A DNA stretch of 63,480 nt, filler included, from an uncultured virus (IMG/VR IMGVR_UViG_2049941000_000426) (6 parts of one record of this genome joined end to end with filler, not necessarily neighbours in it), one strand, 5' to 3'. Shown: positions 41,412-53,006, numbered from the whole stretch's first letter. Numbers and translations: made by a program. Notes: a model not told the origin generated them from the sequence alone.

Positions 41412-41921
41412 GGTGAGATCCTCGGGGGTGTCCCCGATCCACCCGATGCCGGTGTCGCTTCCGGGAATGCTGGTGTAGTGCATGCCAATACCGTGGGCGC
41501 CCATGACGAGGGACTTCGCCGTGTGCAGCGTCTTGGGCTCCTCTTTGATACGTTGCTTCAGCCCCGTCATCCAGTCGATGACCGCCGAAGCCGTCTTGAT
41601 CTTCTGGTCGTAGATTTCATGCAAGATCTCTTCCTGCATCTTGGCGACCTTTTCACGATCCTTGTCGAAGACAAGGAAGCTCGTGCCGAAACCCGTATGG
41701 ACATTCTGGTTGGCCGGCGCGACACTGACGGCGCCCGCGATCGGGGAATTGCCGCCCATCTCACAGATCTCACCTACCTTTATCCGCATCAGGGCGTACG
41801 TCCCGTCATTGATGTCCGTGTGTGTCACCCACACGAAGTCGCCTTTCTTCACAGAGCCCTTCTTCTTGACATAGGGTACCAGAATCGACTCCATGTCCAC
41901 GGGCAGTTTTATGTTGTCCAT
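41412..41921 (-). CDS. Hypothetical protein, 3' truncated
   Basis: AGGAGG RBS. Confidence 0.6.
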
Positions 41922-41936
41922 GATCTTCCTCCTTTT

Positions 41937-42272
41937 TCAATCATCTTTCGGCGGGTTGGCCAGAAGCCAGTCGAGTTCTTCTTTCGTCTTGTCGACCCTC
42001 TCCCGCGCCCGCTTCACTCCTTCTAGATAGGCCACTTTCTTAGCCTCATGCTCGCTGTTGTACAAGTCCTCGTATCTTGACTCGCCTTTATTGTCACGCC
42101 AGATGAACTTGTCGTAGACAACGGTGAGAATGATGTGCCACTCGGTCGGAAGCAACGTCATGACGAAGCCCTCCTTCGTGATATACCACGCCCACCCGGA
42201 TTGCGCTGTGCCGTCCAAGGCGTCCCGAAAGCGCTTGATGTCGTCCAGCGATCTGCATTCAGACAGTTTCAT
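41937..42272 (-). CDS. Hypothetical protein
   Basis: GGAGGT RBS. Confidence 0.65.
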   Translation of the reverse strand: MKLSECRSLDDIKRFRDALDGTAQSGWAWYITKEGFVMTLLPTEWHIILTVVYDKFIWRDNKGESRYEDLYNSEHEAKKVAYLEGVKRARERVDKTKEELDWLLANPPKDD

Positions 42273-43570
42273 CTGACCTCCTTTATCTTTATCTGGTCCA
42301 GCTCACCGTCGTCGAGCTCCTTTGACTTCTGACCGACCTGGATGAGATACCGGGGGTCGTCCGGGGTCTTGTCCAGACTGTCCTTGCCCATGTCGCTGTC
42401 GAGAAAGGCGACTTCAAGATCCTCGTGGTGGTCCATGAACCACGCCACCCACCAGGAGCTCGAGGCCTTGATGAAGGCCGGCTGGTCCTCGGCCCATGTG
42501 TACACGAGCGTTTCGCCGCCATAGTCCAGCCAGAACCCGTTCAACCGGGAGCTTGAAACAAAGGTGGCCACGATCGTCTTCCTNNNNNNNNNNNNNNNNN
42601 NNNNNNNNNNNNNNNNNNNNNNNNNNNTTAATTAATTAANNNNNNNNNNNNNNNNNNNNNNNNNNNNNNNNNNNNNNNNNNNNAGGATCCGATTTCGCGG
42701 ACGCCGTCGAGTTCTGGTATTCCAGCACGGTCGACGCCGAGCATATCTACGGACCCTTGGTGAAGAAGGGCGANNNNNNNNNNCGGATCCGATTTCGCGG
42801 ATGCGGTCGAGTTCTGGTATTCTAGCACGGTCGACGCCGAGCATATCTACGGACCCTTGGTGAAGAAGGGCGAGAAGGAGAAGGCCAAGATGTGGCTATG
42901 GGGATGCCGGCTGTACGACAATGAACAGGATGCGAAAAGGAGGTTCGGATAAGGAGAGGACCGATGACGATCAAGGAAAGAATTGAACAACTCTTCCCGG
43001 TGAACGAACGGACGCACAAGAACATCACCGACGGGGAGATGCGGTGGCTGCTGGAAAGGTGCTTCCTGCCGGGGCCGTTCCTGTGGACATGGGACTTCGA
43101 GGGAAGCCCGTACTACCGGCTGAACCACGGGCATGGCCAGTATGANNNNNNNNNNACCAGGGAAAGGCCATCCCTCCGCCCCGAGCGGGGTGAAGTCGCC
43201 TTCCACCGTGAAAGCGGGAATGTTGTTCCCGTTGATGTCGCCATGCCGGCAGAACTCGGCAAGACCCTTCACCGTCAGGATGTCGTGGTACTCGATGTCG
43301 AGCTCCCCTTCCGTGTCCANNNNNNNNNNGCCCTTGCCTTGTTCAATCTTGGTACGGTAGGAGGCCTGTGGGAGGTTGATAGTCACGTTCTGGAAACCGC
43401 AGGAGCGAATAGACTCAGGATGATTGAAAAGGTCTTCATCTATCTTAACCCTTAAACGACAACAACTTGCAACACTGACACTGTCCCGGTCGAACACAAA
43501 ATAGACCGATCCGTTGACCGCCGCGGTCATACAGGCGAAGTCGAAGACTTTCTTTTCCTCNNNNNNNNNN

Positions 43571-43774
43571 GTCGCCCTCCACCGTGAAAGCGGGAATGTT
43601 GTTCCCGTTGATGTCACCATGCCGGCAGAACTCGGCAAGACCCTGCACCGTCAGGATGTCGTGGTACTCGATGTCGAGCTCCCCTTCCGTGTCCATCCTG
43701 TTAAGACGGTCAAGAAGGGCCTTGCACTTCGCGCAGCCGTGCTTTCCCCACACATGCACTTTCAACTTGCTCAT
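43571..43774 (-). CDS. nrdH: NrdH/glutaredoxin-like redoxin, partial; allele at 43156..43319
   Basis: VWGKHGCAKC CxxC, NIP cis-Pro motif; ATGA-coupled to the nrdD stop. Confidence 0.7.
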
Positions 43775-46700
43775 TTGCCTGCCTCCATCACGCTGTAGTT
43801 TCCACGGTGACGGTCGACAAGCTCGCCGAACTGCTTTGACTTGTTCCACTGGGAAATTCGGCTGAAATAGCCCACGACGCGTGTCTCGGCCTCCACGTTG
43901 GAGGACCCGCAGTTCTCGCAGGTCTTCTTGATGCCCCTTGTCCCGTATCCGCAGTCCATGCAGTAGGTGAATTCGGGACTAAAGGTTATCTGTGCCGACT
44001 GGGTCCTCCGGAAGGTCTGCTCGACGATCTCGGAGATCGCGCCCGCCGAAGGGGTCTCCTCGCCGATGAAGGCATGGGTTATCGCTCCCGAGTCGATCAT
44101 CCCGTGGAAGGCCGCCTGGCGGACGATGCGTTCGACAAGCGGAACATTCGCGTAGGCCGGGATGTGGACGCTGTTGGTGTAGTATTCGTTCCCTTCCGAG
44201 CCGTTGACGATGTGTTTCGCCTGTTCAGGGAAATGGGCCAGATCGGAGCGTGCAAGACGTCTCGCCGCGGATTCGGCGGGGCTCTCCTCCAAGGTGAACG
44301 TGATGCCGTGCTCCTTCGTATACTCCTTGGCGCGGAGATTCATGTGGGCGATGACGGAAAGACCCCATGTCGTCAATTTCTCGTCCTCGTGCATGGACTT
44401 CCCGAACAGCTGTCGGCAGGCGTCATCGAGACCGATGAGGCCGATGATGTAGACGCACTTGTCCAAGTCGACATAGGGGCGTCCGTCGCAAGCCGGCTTT
44501 CCGATCTGCCACAAGGGCATGTTCGGCGCCGACATGAGGTTCGCGATGTGTTTCTTCTTTTGCAGATGGGCTTTCACCGCAAGGTCCATCGCCGCGTCGA
44601 TCTGGTCGGTGAAGAGCTTCCACGTCTCGGAGTCCACTTCGGGGTCTCCCTTGCCCTGCTCGATTTTCGTCCGGTAGGAGGCCTGCGGGAGGTTGATAGT
44701 CACGTTTTGAAAGCCTGCTGATCTAATGTTCTCCGGATGGATGAACAAATCCTTGTCCAGCTGGATGCGGAGCCGGCAGCAGCTACTTTGAGTGTAGCTT
44801 TCCCGGGCGAAAACAAAGTAGACGGAACCGTTCTTCGCGGCTATCTCACAGGCATAATCATAGACTTCCTTCTCCTTAGGATTGGTGAACGTTTCGTCAC
44901 AGACATGGAAGTCACACTTCGGAAATTCGAAGATGTGCCCGTTGGCGTCTCCTTCTCCCCATACGGTAAGAAGAGCTTTTGCGAATCTCTGGGTCTCTTC
45001 AGCGTAATCTGAATAACGCATGACATGTATCCAAGGCTCTTCCCGATATTCGAGCTTGCCGTCTTTTTCGGTGACTAGAATTCGATCNNNNNNNNNNCTT
45101 TGTCCGTCTTTCCGACAAGGAAAGGAGCGTAAAAAACATTCACGTAACCCAAGCCTAATGCGCCTGCATAGTAGGCCTGCATAGAAGCGAGGAATGTATT
45201 GATATGTCCGGTAAGAACAGAAGCGCTCTTGGCGGGCTTGGACACTGTATTGAGGTTGACCAGCCCCCTGAGACCATATTTCTTCAAATATTCAATGGAA
45301 TGGGACGAACAGTAAATACGGTGAGGGAAATTTGCGTCATGAATGTAAATCCTTCCAAATAAATGATTTACGACTACGTCCTCTGAAAAGACTGTATCAA
45401 AGGACCAGTTCTTGAGGATATATCCGGCAATAGACAGATTGATCGCCTCCGGGTTGTTCCCGGTGATGTTGCTATTCTCCTTGCTCTTGGAGTGCATCAG
45501 CCCGTCGATGTATTCCTTCTCAATGAAGTACCCCCTGTTGGAACTCATCCTAGCCTGTATCCCCTCGTAGGTCAGCTCGTTGTTGACCATTTCTATCACC
45601 AGATCGGACGAGACCGTTTNNNNNNNNNNAAGGGCCATGGCAAAACCCCTCGCCTCCTTCCCATAGTCCTTGTACCGCATGACATGCCAGCCCTCGGCCT
45701 CGTCAAACCAGTTCTTCCCGTCCTTATCCCTGAGAATGACCTCGTCCACGTGGCGTATCACCGAGTGGTACACCAGTTGGCGTTCACCGTCCACGACACG
45801 TTCATCCAAAGGAATGACATTTCCCCACGGTCCAAGGGCCATGTACTTTCCGCCGGGACCGATGGCTGGTACTTCACTCAAGGACTTCGGGATGCCCGTA
45901 TGGACATTGTAGTCCAAAAAGATCGTCTGGCCACCGCGCGAAAAAGCGTTCTGGGATCCGTTAAATATCATCTCCTGCGCAATCTGGCGGAGCTCTTTCT
46001 CCGTCTTGCCCACAAGAAGAGGCGCATAGAACACGTTGATATACCCCAGTCCCAGCGCCCCGGCGTAATACGCCTGCATGGAGGCCAGGAAAGTGTTCAG
46101 ATGGCCTGTCAGGACAGATGCGCTCTTGGCCGGCTTGGACACCGTGTTGAGATTTATCAGGCCCTTCAGACCGTACTTCTTAAGGTATTCGATAGAATGA
46201 CTACTACAGTATGTTCTTGTTATATAGCCCAGATCGTGCAAATAAATCTGCCCGAACTGGTGGGCATGTACGACATCATCTGAAAAGACATTGTCGAAAG
46301 CCCAATTCTTCAAAACATATTCGGACAGGGCAAGGTTTATCGCCTCCGGGTTGTTACCGACAAGATTGCTGTTCTCCTTGCTCTTGGAGTACATGAGACC
46401 GTCGACGAAATCCTTGTCAATGAAATAGCCCCTTCCGGAATTCATCCTTGCCTGGATTCCCTCGGAGGTCAGCTCGTTGTTGACCATTTCTATCACCAAA
46501 TCGGATGATACGGTCTGCAGCCCAGACTTGAGAATGGAGCGTTCCACCTTCTTGGCGATAGAAGGAGCCTTGTCCGGATCTGGGAGAATTCTCTCCAAAT
46601 CCTGTTCAAGACGAGCGCGATCCCATCCGCTCACCGTTCCCTTCTTCCGTCCTTCCGCAAGTAGCATCCCCTTGTCCGTAACGTCCACCTTATCGTCCTT

Positions 46701-47340
46701 CTTGTGGTTCAGGACCTTCAGGGCGTTGCGGGCTTTCTCACGCTCCTTCCGGTAGTNNNNNNNNNNGGCCTGACTTGAGAATAGACCGTTCCACCTTCTT
46801 GGCGATAGCCGGGGCCTTGTCCGGATCGGGCAGGATCTTCTCCAGGTCCTGTTCGAGACGGCTCCTGTCCCACCCGCTGACACGCTGGTCCTTTTTCGTT
46901 CCCTGGATCAGCATCTCCTTGTCCGTAACGTCCACCTTGTCGTCCTTCTTGTGGTTCAGGACCTTCAGGGCGTTGCGGGCCTTCTCACGCTCCTTCCGGT
47001 AGTTGGCGTACAGGTCGTGCAGCAGCTTCGCCTTCTCGTCCGTGTACGCCACCGGCCGGTCGTCCCAACGGCGCTGTATCGCGAACTCCACGGCGTCCTG
47101 GACATCCTCCAGTTTCGGGATGCGTGAACCGACCGTGTCCGGTTTCACATAGAAGTCACTTCCGTCGTAGTCGAGAAGGAACAGGACCTTCTCGGTCAGG
47201 TAACGGGAAACGTCGGTGTCGATTGGGCTTGCCAGAAGGGCGTTGGCCTCGGCAACGGCCCTTTCGATGGCGGTACGGATCTTCTCGGGGTTGAACTTCA
47301 CAAGCTTCCCCGAGCGCTTACGGAAGAATTCGATCTTCAT
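43771..47340 (-). CDS. nrdD: Anaerobic (class III) ribonucleotide reductase, assembled from overlapping allelic fragments
   Basis: N-terminal ATP cones, IYLHDL..YCSSHS, SSCCRL, EESPAES, YYTNS, CMDC/CENC Zn site, RVVGYFS glycyl-radical motif; another allele at 43330..43560. Confidence 0.93.
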
Positions 47341-47519
47341 GGGTTACCTCTGTATTTATGAAGCGCCCCGCCACCGGGAAACTTTCTCGGAACACGGCCG
47401 GGACACCTCATAAATATAAGGCATGTGAACGATCTTCGGTTTTGTTACCAAATGAGAATGATTATTCATTGATGTTGTTTTTTTATTTTTTTTTCATGTC
47501 CTAGATTGCTCTTTTCTTT

Positions 47520-47760
47520 TGTTACCGTATAGTACTTCCATGGAAGCGATTGGCTTCCGTATCACTCCGGTGTTGAAGGTTCCGTCCAGAGAGGCAAGCC
47601 CCGCTTGGAACGGGTAAAACACCGGGAGCGAACGCGAAAAATTGCACGATAACCAAGTGCATTCGCAGGGGCATGGGTCAACCCCATGCAATGGTAGATT
47701 CACCCACCCTGTTGAAACAGGGCGTAACTGTTAGCATTTGCTAACAGAAATGAATCGGCA
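47520..47760. ncRNA. Hairpin-dense intergenic region (candidate ncRNA or origin)
   Basis: Several nested inverted repeats, e.g. CTGTTAGC/GCTAACAG, CCCTGTT/AACAGGG, GCATGGG/CCCATGC, CCGGTGTT/AACACCGG. Confidence 0.35.
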
Positions 47761-48585
47761 TTACGGGTTCGTGTGATTCCTGACGATCTTCGGAAGGGGG
47801 AACGCGAACACAACGCCGTCCTTCGTCTGCTCCACTTTCTCAAGCCCGCCGAAGTTCTTGGCAACGATACCGAGACGTACGGCGTTGCCACGGGTAAATG
47901 GAAGATGAACCATCTCCATGAATTTGCGGATCGTCATCGGACAACGATCCTTGCTCTTCCAGTCAAGCTGGTTCAGCTTTTCGAACAGGATCTCGGGCGG
48001 GGTGACGGCGGTCGTCTTCCGGTCGTGGAGCGGGAATCCGATATGGGCGTCTCCGGTAAGGCGGAGATTGGCCTCCTCCTGCTCCCTCTGCTCGCGTTCC
48101 TTCGTCCGTGTCCACGTCATCATGGTCGGGGGAAGAAGGACCTCCTTGGCCGTCGAAACGGGCTGGCGGCCGAGGAACTTGAGAACGGAGTAGACAACCG
48201 TGTAGGCCGTGTCGGCGTCCTTGCAGTCAGCCAGTTCGCAGAGCGCGTCCTTCCGGTAGGGGACCCACTCGTCCCTCGGGCATTCCAGCCATGCGAGGGA
48301 GTTCCGAAGGACCTCAAGATTGTCGGTGAACTTGGGCAGCGCGTTGGCCGCCTTGGCGAAGGCCGCCCCTAGGATGTCCCCGAACGGACGGTGCTTTCTC
48401 GGCGCTACTGTAGGCTTCACGGGAATGATGACCGGGGAGGACGGGGCCACTGGCTGCGGGTCGTCCTCGCGCAGGGGTGTCAGGGAAAACAGGTCGCCTT
48501 TCTTCAGGAGCCTCGAGAACTTTGAGAACTCCTCGACCTCTTCCGGGGATATCTCCCTTTCAATGTGTAGTGTAATTTTAAACAT
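47761..48585 (-). CDS. Hypothetical protein (possible C-terminal winged helix)
   Basis: 274 aa; allele fragment at 112..183. Confidence 0.65.
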   Translation of the reverse strand: MFKITLHIEREISPEEVEEFSKFSRLLKKGDLFSLTPLREDDPQPVAPSSPVIIPVKPTVAPRKHRPFGDILGAAFAKAANALPKFTDNLEVLRNSLAWLECPRDEWVPYRKDALCELADCKDADTAYTVVYSVLKFLGRQPVSTAKEVLLPPTMMTWTRTKEREQREQEEANLRLTGDAHIGFPLHDRKTTAVTPPEILFEKLNQLDWKSKDRCPMTIRKFMEMVHLPFTRGNAVRLGIVAKNFGGLEKVEQTKDGVVFAFPLPKIVRNHTNP

Positions 48586-48626
48586 TTTTGACCTACTCCG
48601 ATTGTTGATTGTTGATTGTTAATTCT

Positions 48627-48833
48627 TCACTTCTTTACTTCATATAGAAAACCCTTGTGGCAGAAGCCGTACGTGTCGGATACAGCATCCCCCACAAGAT
48701 CCCCGAAGGCGTCCTCGTCCCCGGGATCATCCGGGTCGAGCCCGTCAGGGTCGACATCGATATCGAATTCATTGGGGAGATCGACGTCCTGTCCGTCGGT
48801 GTCCCACTCAATATTTGTCACATGAATAATCAT
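48627..48833 (-). CDS. Small highly acidic protein (I.WD..LP.E family)
   Basis: NIEWDTDG..LPNE..VSDTYGFCHKGF. Confidence 0.7.
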   Translation of the reverse strand: MIIHVTNIEWDTDGQDVDLPNEFDIDVDPDGLDPDDPGDEDAFGDLVGDAVSDTYGFCHKGFLYEVKK

Positions 48834-49375
48834 TTGCTCATCCCCTTGATGGCCTCTATTCCGCAGATCATCAAATCACCGGAGATATTCGAACCGAAAT
48901 GTCTTCCTATCCGGTCGACCAGCTCAGACAAAGCCTTTTTAAGACCGTCCACGTTTTCGGCCTCCGCATGGACATGAAAGTCAACAAGGGGCTTTTTGAT
49001 CGCCTGACCTGGCAGATTTCTCTTTAATTCGACTTTCCATTCCCCATTGATGAAATACCCGGACAAGGCTATCCTGTCGTGCTCCTCCAGAAGCGTCATA
49101 TCAGCCACGTCGAAATCAACGAAATGGTCAGACCTGGCGGACGGGTATTTCCGGTAAAGCTCCTCGATAATGATCTCGCCGAACTCGCATGGATCATCAT
49201 GTTCCTTTTCGTCCTCCCAAGGGCCGAAATCATTCGGATCGAAGGTGTCAAGGTGCTGGATGCAGCTCTCCTCGACAACGACTTCGTCCTCCTTGGGAAA
49301 CACCCCATACAATGGTTCGTTCAAATTGAACCCCCAGTTGATATTCTTCAGCTTCACTTTCCACTTACGTCTCAT
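48830..49375 (-). CDS. Hypothetical protein, N-terminal domain related to 48627
   Basis: KNINW..FPKE; coupled. Confidence 0.6.
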   Translation of the reverse strand: MRRKWKVKLKNINWGFNLNEPLYGVFPKEDEVVVEESCIQHLDTFDPNDFGPWEDEKEHDDPCEFGEIIIEELYRKYPSARSDHFVDFDVADMTLLEEHDRIALSGYFINGEWKVELKRNLPGQAIKKPLVDFHVHAEAENVDGLKKALSELVDRIGRHFGSNISGDLMICGIEAIKGMSK

Positions 49376-49390
49376 AATTTTTTCCTTCTA

Positions 49391-49414
49391 GATTCTTCAA
49401 CGCGTTGTAAAATC
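49391..49414. repeat. Conserved imperfect palindrome (copy 3)
   Basis: GATTCTTCAACGCGTTGTAAAATC. Confidence 0.65.
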
Positions 49415-49781
49415 AAAGAGCCGGTGGAACGTTCCACCCGCCCCNNNNNNNNNNNNNNNNNNNNNNNNNNNNNNNNNNNNNNNNNNNNNNNNNNNNNNNN
49501 NNNNNNNNNNNNNNNNNNNNNNNNNNNNNNNNNNNNNNNNNNNNNNNNNNNNNNNNNNNNNNNNNNNNNNNNNNNNNNNNNNNNNNNNNNNNNNNNNNNN
49601 NNNNNNNNNNNNNNNNNNNNNNNNNNNNNCTCGTGGACGCAATCCTCGCAGGAGGTCTGCAGATAATCAATGAGGTTGTCCTCGTTTTCCTTGAACGACC
49701 TCATGAGAGCGTCGAAGTTCGTTACAGGCTTCCTTTGACGGGCTTTCCTTTTCGCCTCCCCAGTGGTAGTCATGAAACAGC

Positions 49782-50237
49782 TCATGGCAGTCCGACCTCC
49801 TCCGGGGAGAGCGCTCCGGGCCAGTCCTGCCAGGTGTCGTGCATTCGTTTGATGTCCTCCTTGCGCACACCGTGCCTGTTGCGGTGTAGCGCCGTGTCAA
49901 CGGAGATAAGGGGCATGTCGTATACGACCAGCTGCTTGCCCTCCTTCAACGAGGCGTACAGGTAGCGGTTCCATACCCGCTCAACGTCTGCGTTGGTCGG
50001 AAGGACGTCCGCGTAGACGCAGTCCGGGCGCGTGACGCAGCTTCCCAGAAGCCCGACCATCATCAAGGCCTGGTCGACGGCGTCGGCGTAGCGCTCCGGC
50101 GTGTAGTCGTACTTCCCGTCCTTCACGAGGAGGGCGTCGGGCTCGACAAGAATCAGACCGCCCCTGTCGGCCAGCTTGTGGGCGAATGTGGATTTGCCGG
50201 ATCCCGGCAAACCACGAACAATGATTAGTTTCGGCAT
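49782..50237 (-). CDS. P-loop kinase (AAA_33/polynucleotide-kinase-like)
   Basis: LIIVRGLPGSGKSTFA, RN.HGV....I.RM...W. Confidence 0.85.
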   Translation of the reverse strand: MPKLIIVRGLPGSGKSTFAHKLADRGGLILVEPDALLVKDGKYDYTPERYADAVDQALMMVGLLGSCVTRPDCVYADVLPTNADVERVWNRYLYASLKEGKQLVVYDMPLISVDTALHRNRHGVRKEDIKRMHDTWQDWPGALSPEEVGLP

Positions 50238-50453
50238 CTATAAAACTCCGTTATCTATCTCTTGATTAAAACGTCCGACAAGACGTTTGAACGCCTCATG
50301 GACGCCCCTGGCGTACGCAAGATTAACGTCAGGATTCGGATCGATCGGGGTGGTTTTTATTTCCTCCAGCATCTTCCTGTCGAGTTCGACGACAATCCTG
50401 CACACCTCGTGAAAGACACGTTCCCCCTCCTGTAAAGCTTTTCTCGTTGTCAT
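50238..50453 (-). CDS. Small hypothetical protein
   Basis: Coupled ORF. Confidence 0.55.
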   Translation of the reverse strand: MTTRKALQEGERVFHEVCRIVVELDRKMLEEIKTTPIDPNPDVNLAYARGVHEAFKRLVGRFNQEIDNGVL

Positions 50454-51537
50454 ATCTTTCCTTCATTCTCGAGTTCCGCGAGACGTTTCGTCAATGTCAT
50501 CGCCATGGCGTTGACACCGTCGATGTAAGGTTTCCTGAAAGGGGACGGCGCGTTGTCCAGAAGCTCTTTGTGTATCTCAACGATAAGATCGCCGATTATC
50601 TGGTTCATGCGGTCCNNNNNNNNNNAACCCAGAACCTCGACAGAGTCCTTGCTCTCCCCTGAGAACTCTGGTACGCATCTCTCAGGAGGTCCATTATCGA
50701 AGCGGAACACTCCAGTTTCAATCCCATGGCCCCGAGGGGTTGATACGCCGGGTTCACCACGGGAATACCCGCCGTGATATGCTCATATTCACCGTCCATC
50801 AGGCATCCTCCTTTTTCTTGAATATGTACATGCCGCCTCGAGTCTCCCAATCGGACAAGGCCTTACAGACATTGCACNNNNNNNNNNNNNNNNNNNNNNN
50901 NNNNNNNNNNNNNNNNNNNNNNNNNNNNNNNNNNNNNNNNNNNNNNNNNNNNNNNNNNNNNNNNNNNNNNNNNNNNNNNNNNNNNNNNNNNNNNNNNNNN
51001 NNNNNNNNNNNNNNNNNNNNNNNNNNNNNNNNNNNNNNNNNNNNNNNNNNNNNNNNNNNNNNNNNNNNNNNNNNNNNNNNNNNNNNNNNNNNNNNNNNNN
51101 NNNNNNNNNNNNNNNNNNNNNNNNNNNNNNNNNNNNNNNNNNNNNNNNNNNNNNNNNNNNNNNNNNNNNNNNNNNNNNNNNNNNNNNNNNNNNNNNNNNN
51201 NNNNNNNNNNNNNNNNNNNNNNNNNNNNNNNNNNNNNNNNNNNNNNNNNNNNNNNNNNNNNNNNNNNNNNNNNNNNNNNNNNNNNNNNNNNNNNNNNNNN
51301 NNNNNNNNNNNNNNNNNNNNNNNNNNNNNNNNNNNNNNNNNNNNNNNNNNNNNNNNNNNNNNNNNNNNNNNNNNNNNNNNNNNNNNNNNNNNNNNNNNNN
51401 NNNNNNNNNNCCATGACAACGAACATCTCCCGGGGCAACTCGCGGAACGCCTTCTGCTCCTCCTCCGACAAATCGTCGTAGTCGTGGTCGTCCCACTCAA
51501 TATCCTCGATCCGTATCTTCAGATACATGGCCGCCTC

Positions 51538-52104
51538 CTATTTCAGCTTCAGGACCTTCCATCCTTTCTCCCGTGCGGTCTCTACAGTCATGCATTCCCC
51601 TTCGATGCAGTCATGCGGTCTTGACGGCGGAAGGGCCTCGCCGGGGAAGACGGCCGCCAGCAAAGGCTCGCCTTTCCCCCACTGCAGCTCCTCGCAATCG
51701 TCCTCGTAGATGGTGCCTTCGTACTCGACGATGGCCGTCACGGTCTTCGTCTTTCCGAAGTTGGACGGAACCCGAGGGTCCACCGGATTAACAAGAACGA
51801 GCGTCGGGTGGTCGCCGAGGGACTCGACCTTCACCGGAAGGTCTTGCGGGATATCTTCGAGAGAAACGGCCTTCAGCCTTCCGACGGGGGCGGTGTGGTT
51901 GTACTGGAAGATGGCGACTCCGTCCTTCGCCTCCTTCAGGAACCATACCTTGTCCGGATCCACCACGAACGAGAAAACCATCTCAAGGTTCTCTTCGTCA
52001 AACACGGATCCACGGGCCTCCGGGCCGACGTGGCCTGAAATGACGTCCAGGATCCAGGGACGGCCCTGTAGGCCGCCGCGACCGGGGCAGCTCATCGCGG
52101 CCTT
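51538..52104 (-). CDS. Hypothetical protein, 5' truncated
   Basis: Open frame ending in LAAVFPGEALPPS..WKVLKLK. Confidence 0.6.
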   Translation of the reverse strand, partial: KAAMSCPGRGGLQGRPWILDVISGHVGPEARGSVFDEENLEMVFSFVVDPDKVWFLKEAKDGVAIFQYNHTAPVGRLKAVSLEDIPQDLPVKVESLGDHPTLVLVNPVDPRVPSNFGKTKTVTAIVEYEGTIYEDDCEELQWGKGEPLLAAVFPGEALPPSRPHDCIEGECMTVETAREKGWKVLKLK

Positions 52105-52194
52105 NNNNNNNNNNGCACCTGCTTCTCCTCGGGCGTCCTGGCCTGCTGAATTGCGGTGATGTGCTTTTTGAATGACATTGTTTTTCCTCCTTTA

Positions 52195-52635
52195 CTAAAT
52201 TCCAAACGAGTTGTCGGTAAGATCCGGAAGGACGCCGTTTGTCACCTTGCGGACCTCCGTTTTCAGATAGCTTATGTAGAACAGAAGATCAACCAGGCAG
52301 TCCCTTGGGTCGTTCGCCGGTTTCGACAGCTGCTGGACCCTTCCAAAAGTGACCATGAGGGTCTGTTCAACCTCGGCCATCCACATGTCCTTGGGCTGCT
52401 TTCTGAAATACGGGTTGTCTGCAGGCGGAGCGACATAGACGACTCCGATACGGTGGGGCCCCTTGTCGAAGTCATCCATTATCTCGTAGACATACTTCTC
52501 AACAAGCCCACCATGGTTCGGGTACATCGGTTTGAAACCATGTTTCACGAGCCATTCGTAAGGCTCGGTGTCGGCCGTGAACACCTTGTCCAGTTCTTCG
52601 TAATTCGTTTTCCCTGCTTTAGTCTTTTTAACCAT
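52195..52635 (-). CDS. WLxxHGF-domain protein
   Basis: EWLVKHGF..DPRDCLVDLLFYI. Confidence 0.65.
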   Translation of the reverse strand: MVKKTKAGKTNYEELDKVFTADTEPYEWLVKHGFKPMYPNHGGLVEKYVYEIMDDFDKGPHRIGVVYVAPPADNPYFRKQPKDMWMAEVEQTLMVTFGRVQQLSKPANDPRDCLVDLLFYISYLKTEVRKVTNGVLPDLTDNSFGI

Positions 52636-53006
52636 GTTAAATCCCCTTTTCTAAATGTCTCTTAACTTGTCCTGAGTGACCCGGTACATATTGGCCTTCA
52701 CAAGCCGGTCGAGAAGAACCCGCCCGACGGCCAGGCGCACNNNNNNNNNNNNNNNNNNNNNNNNNNNNNNNNNNNNNNNNNNNNNNNNNNNNNNNNNNNN
52801 NNNNNNNNNNNNNNNNNNNNNNNNNNNNNNNNNNNNNNNNNNNNCTATGATGGCCTCCGAGATACGGGGCCAGTAGTCGTCCGAAATTGGACGATTAAGC
52901 CCTATCTCGGCAAGAATCATCTGCATGTACTCTTTCCTGATCATTTGTCCTCCTTTTTACTTCATTGCTAAACAAAAACGACACCGGTTACAGCCGTTGT
53001 CTTGAA

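Noticed and set aside
43771..46883. Apparently split nrdD (three ORFs in the track)
   Set aside because: Breaks coincide with 10-N spacers, fragments overlap as alleles, and the frame upstream of 45021 stays open to the spacer
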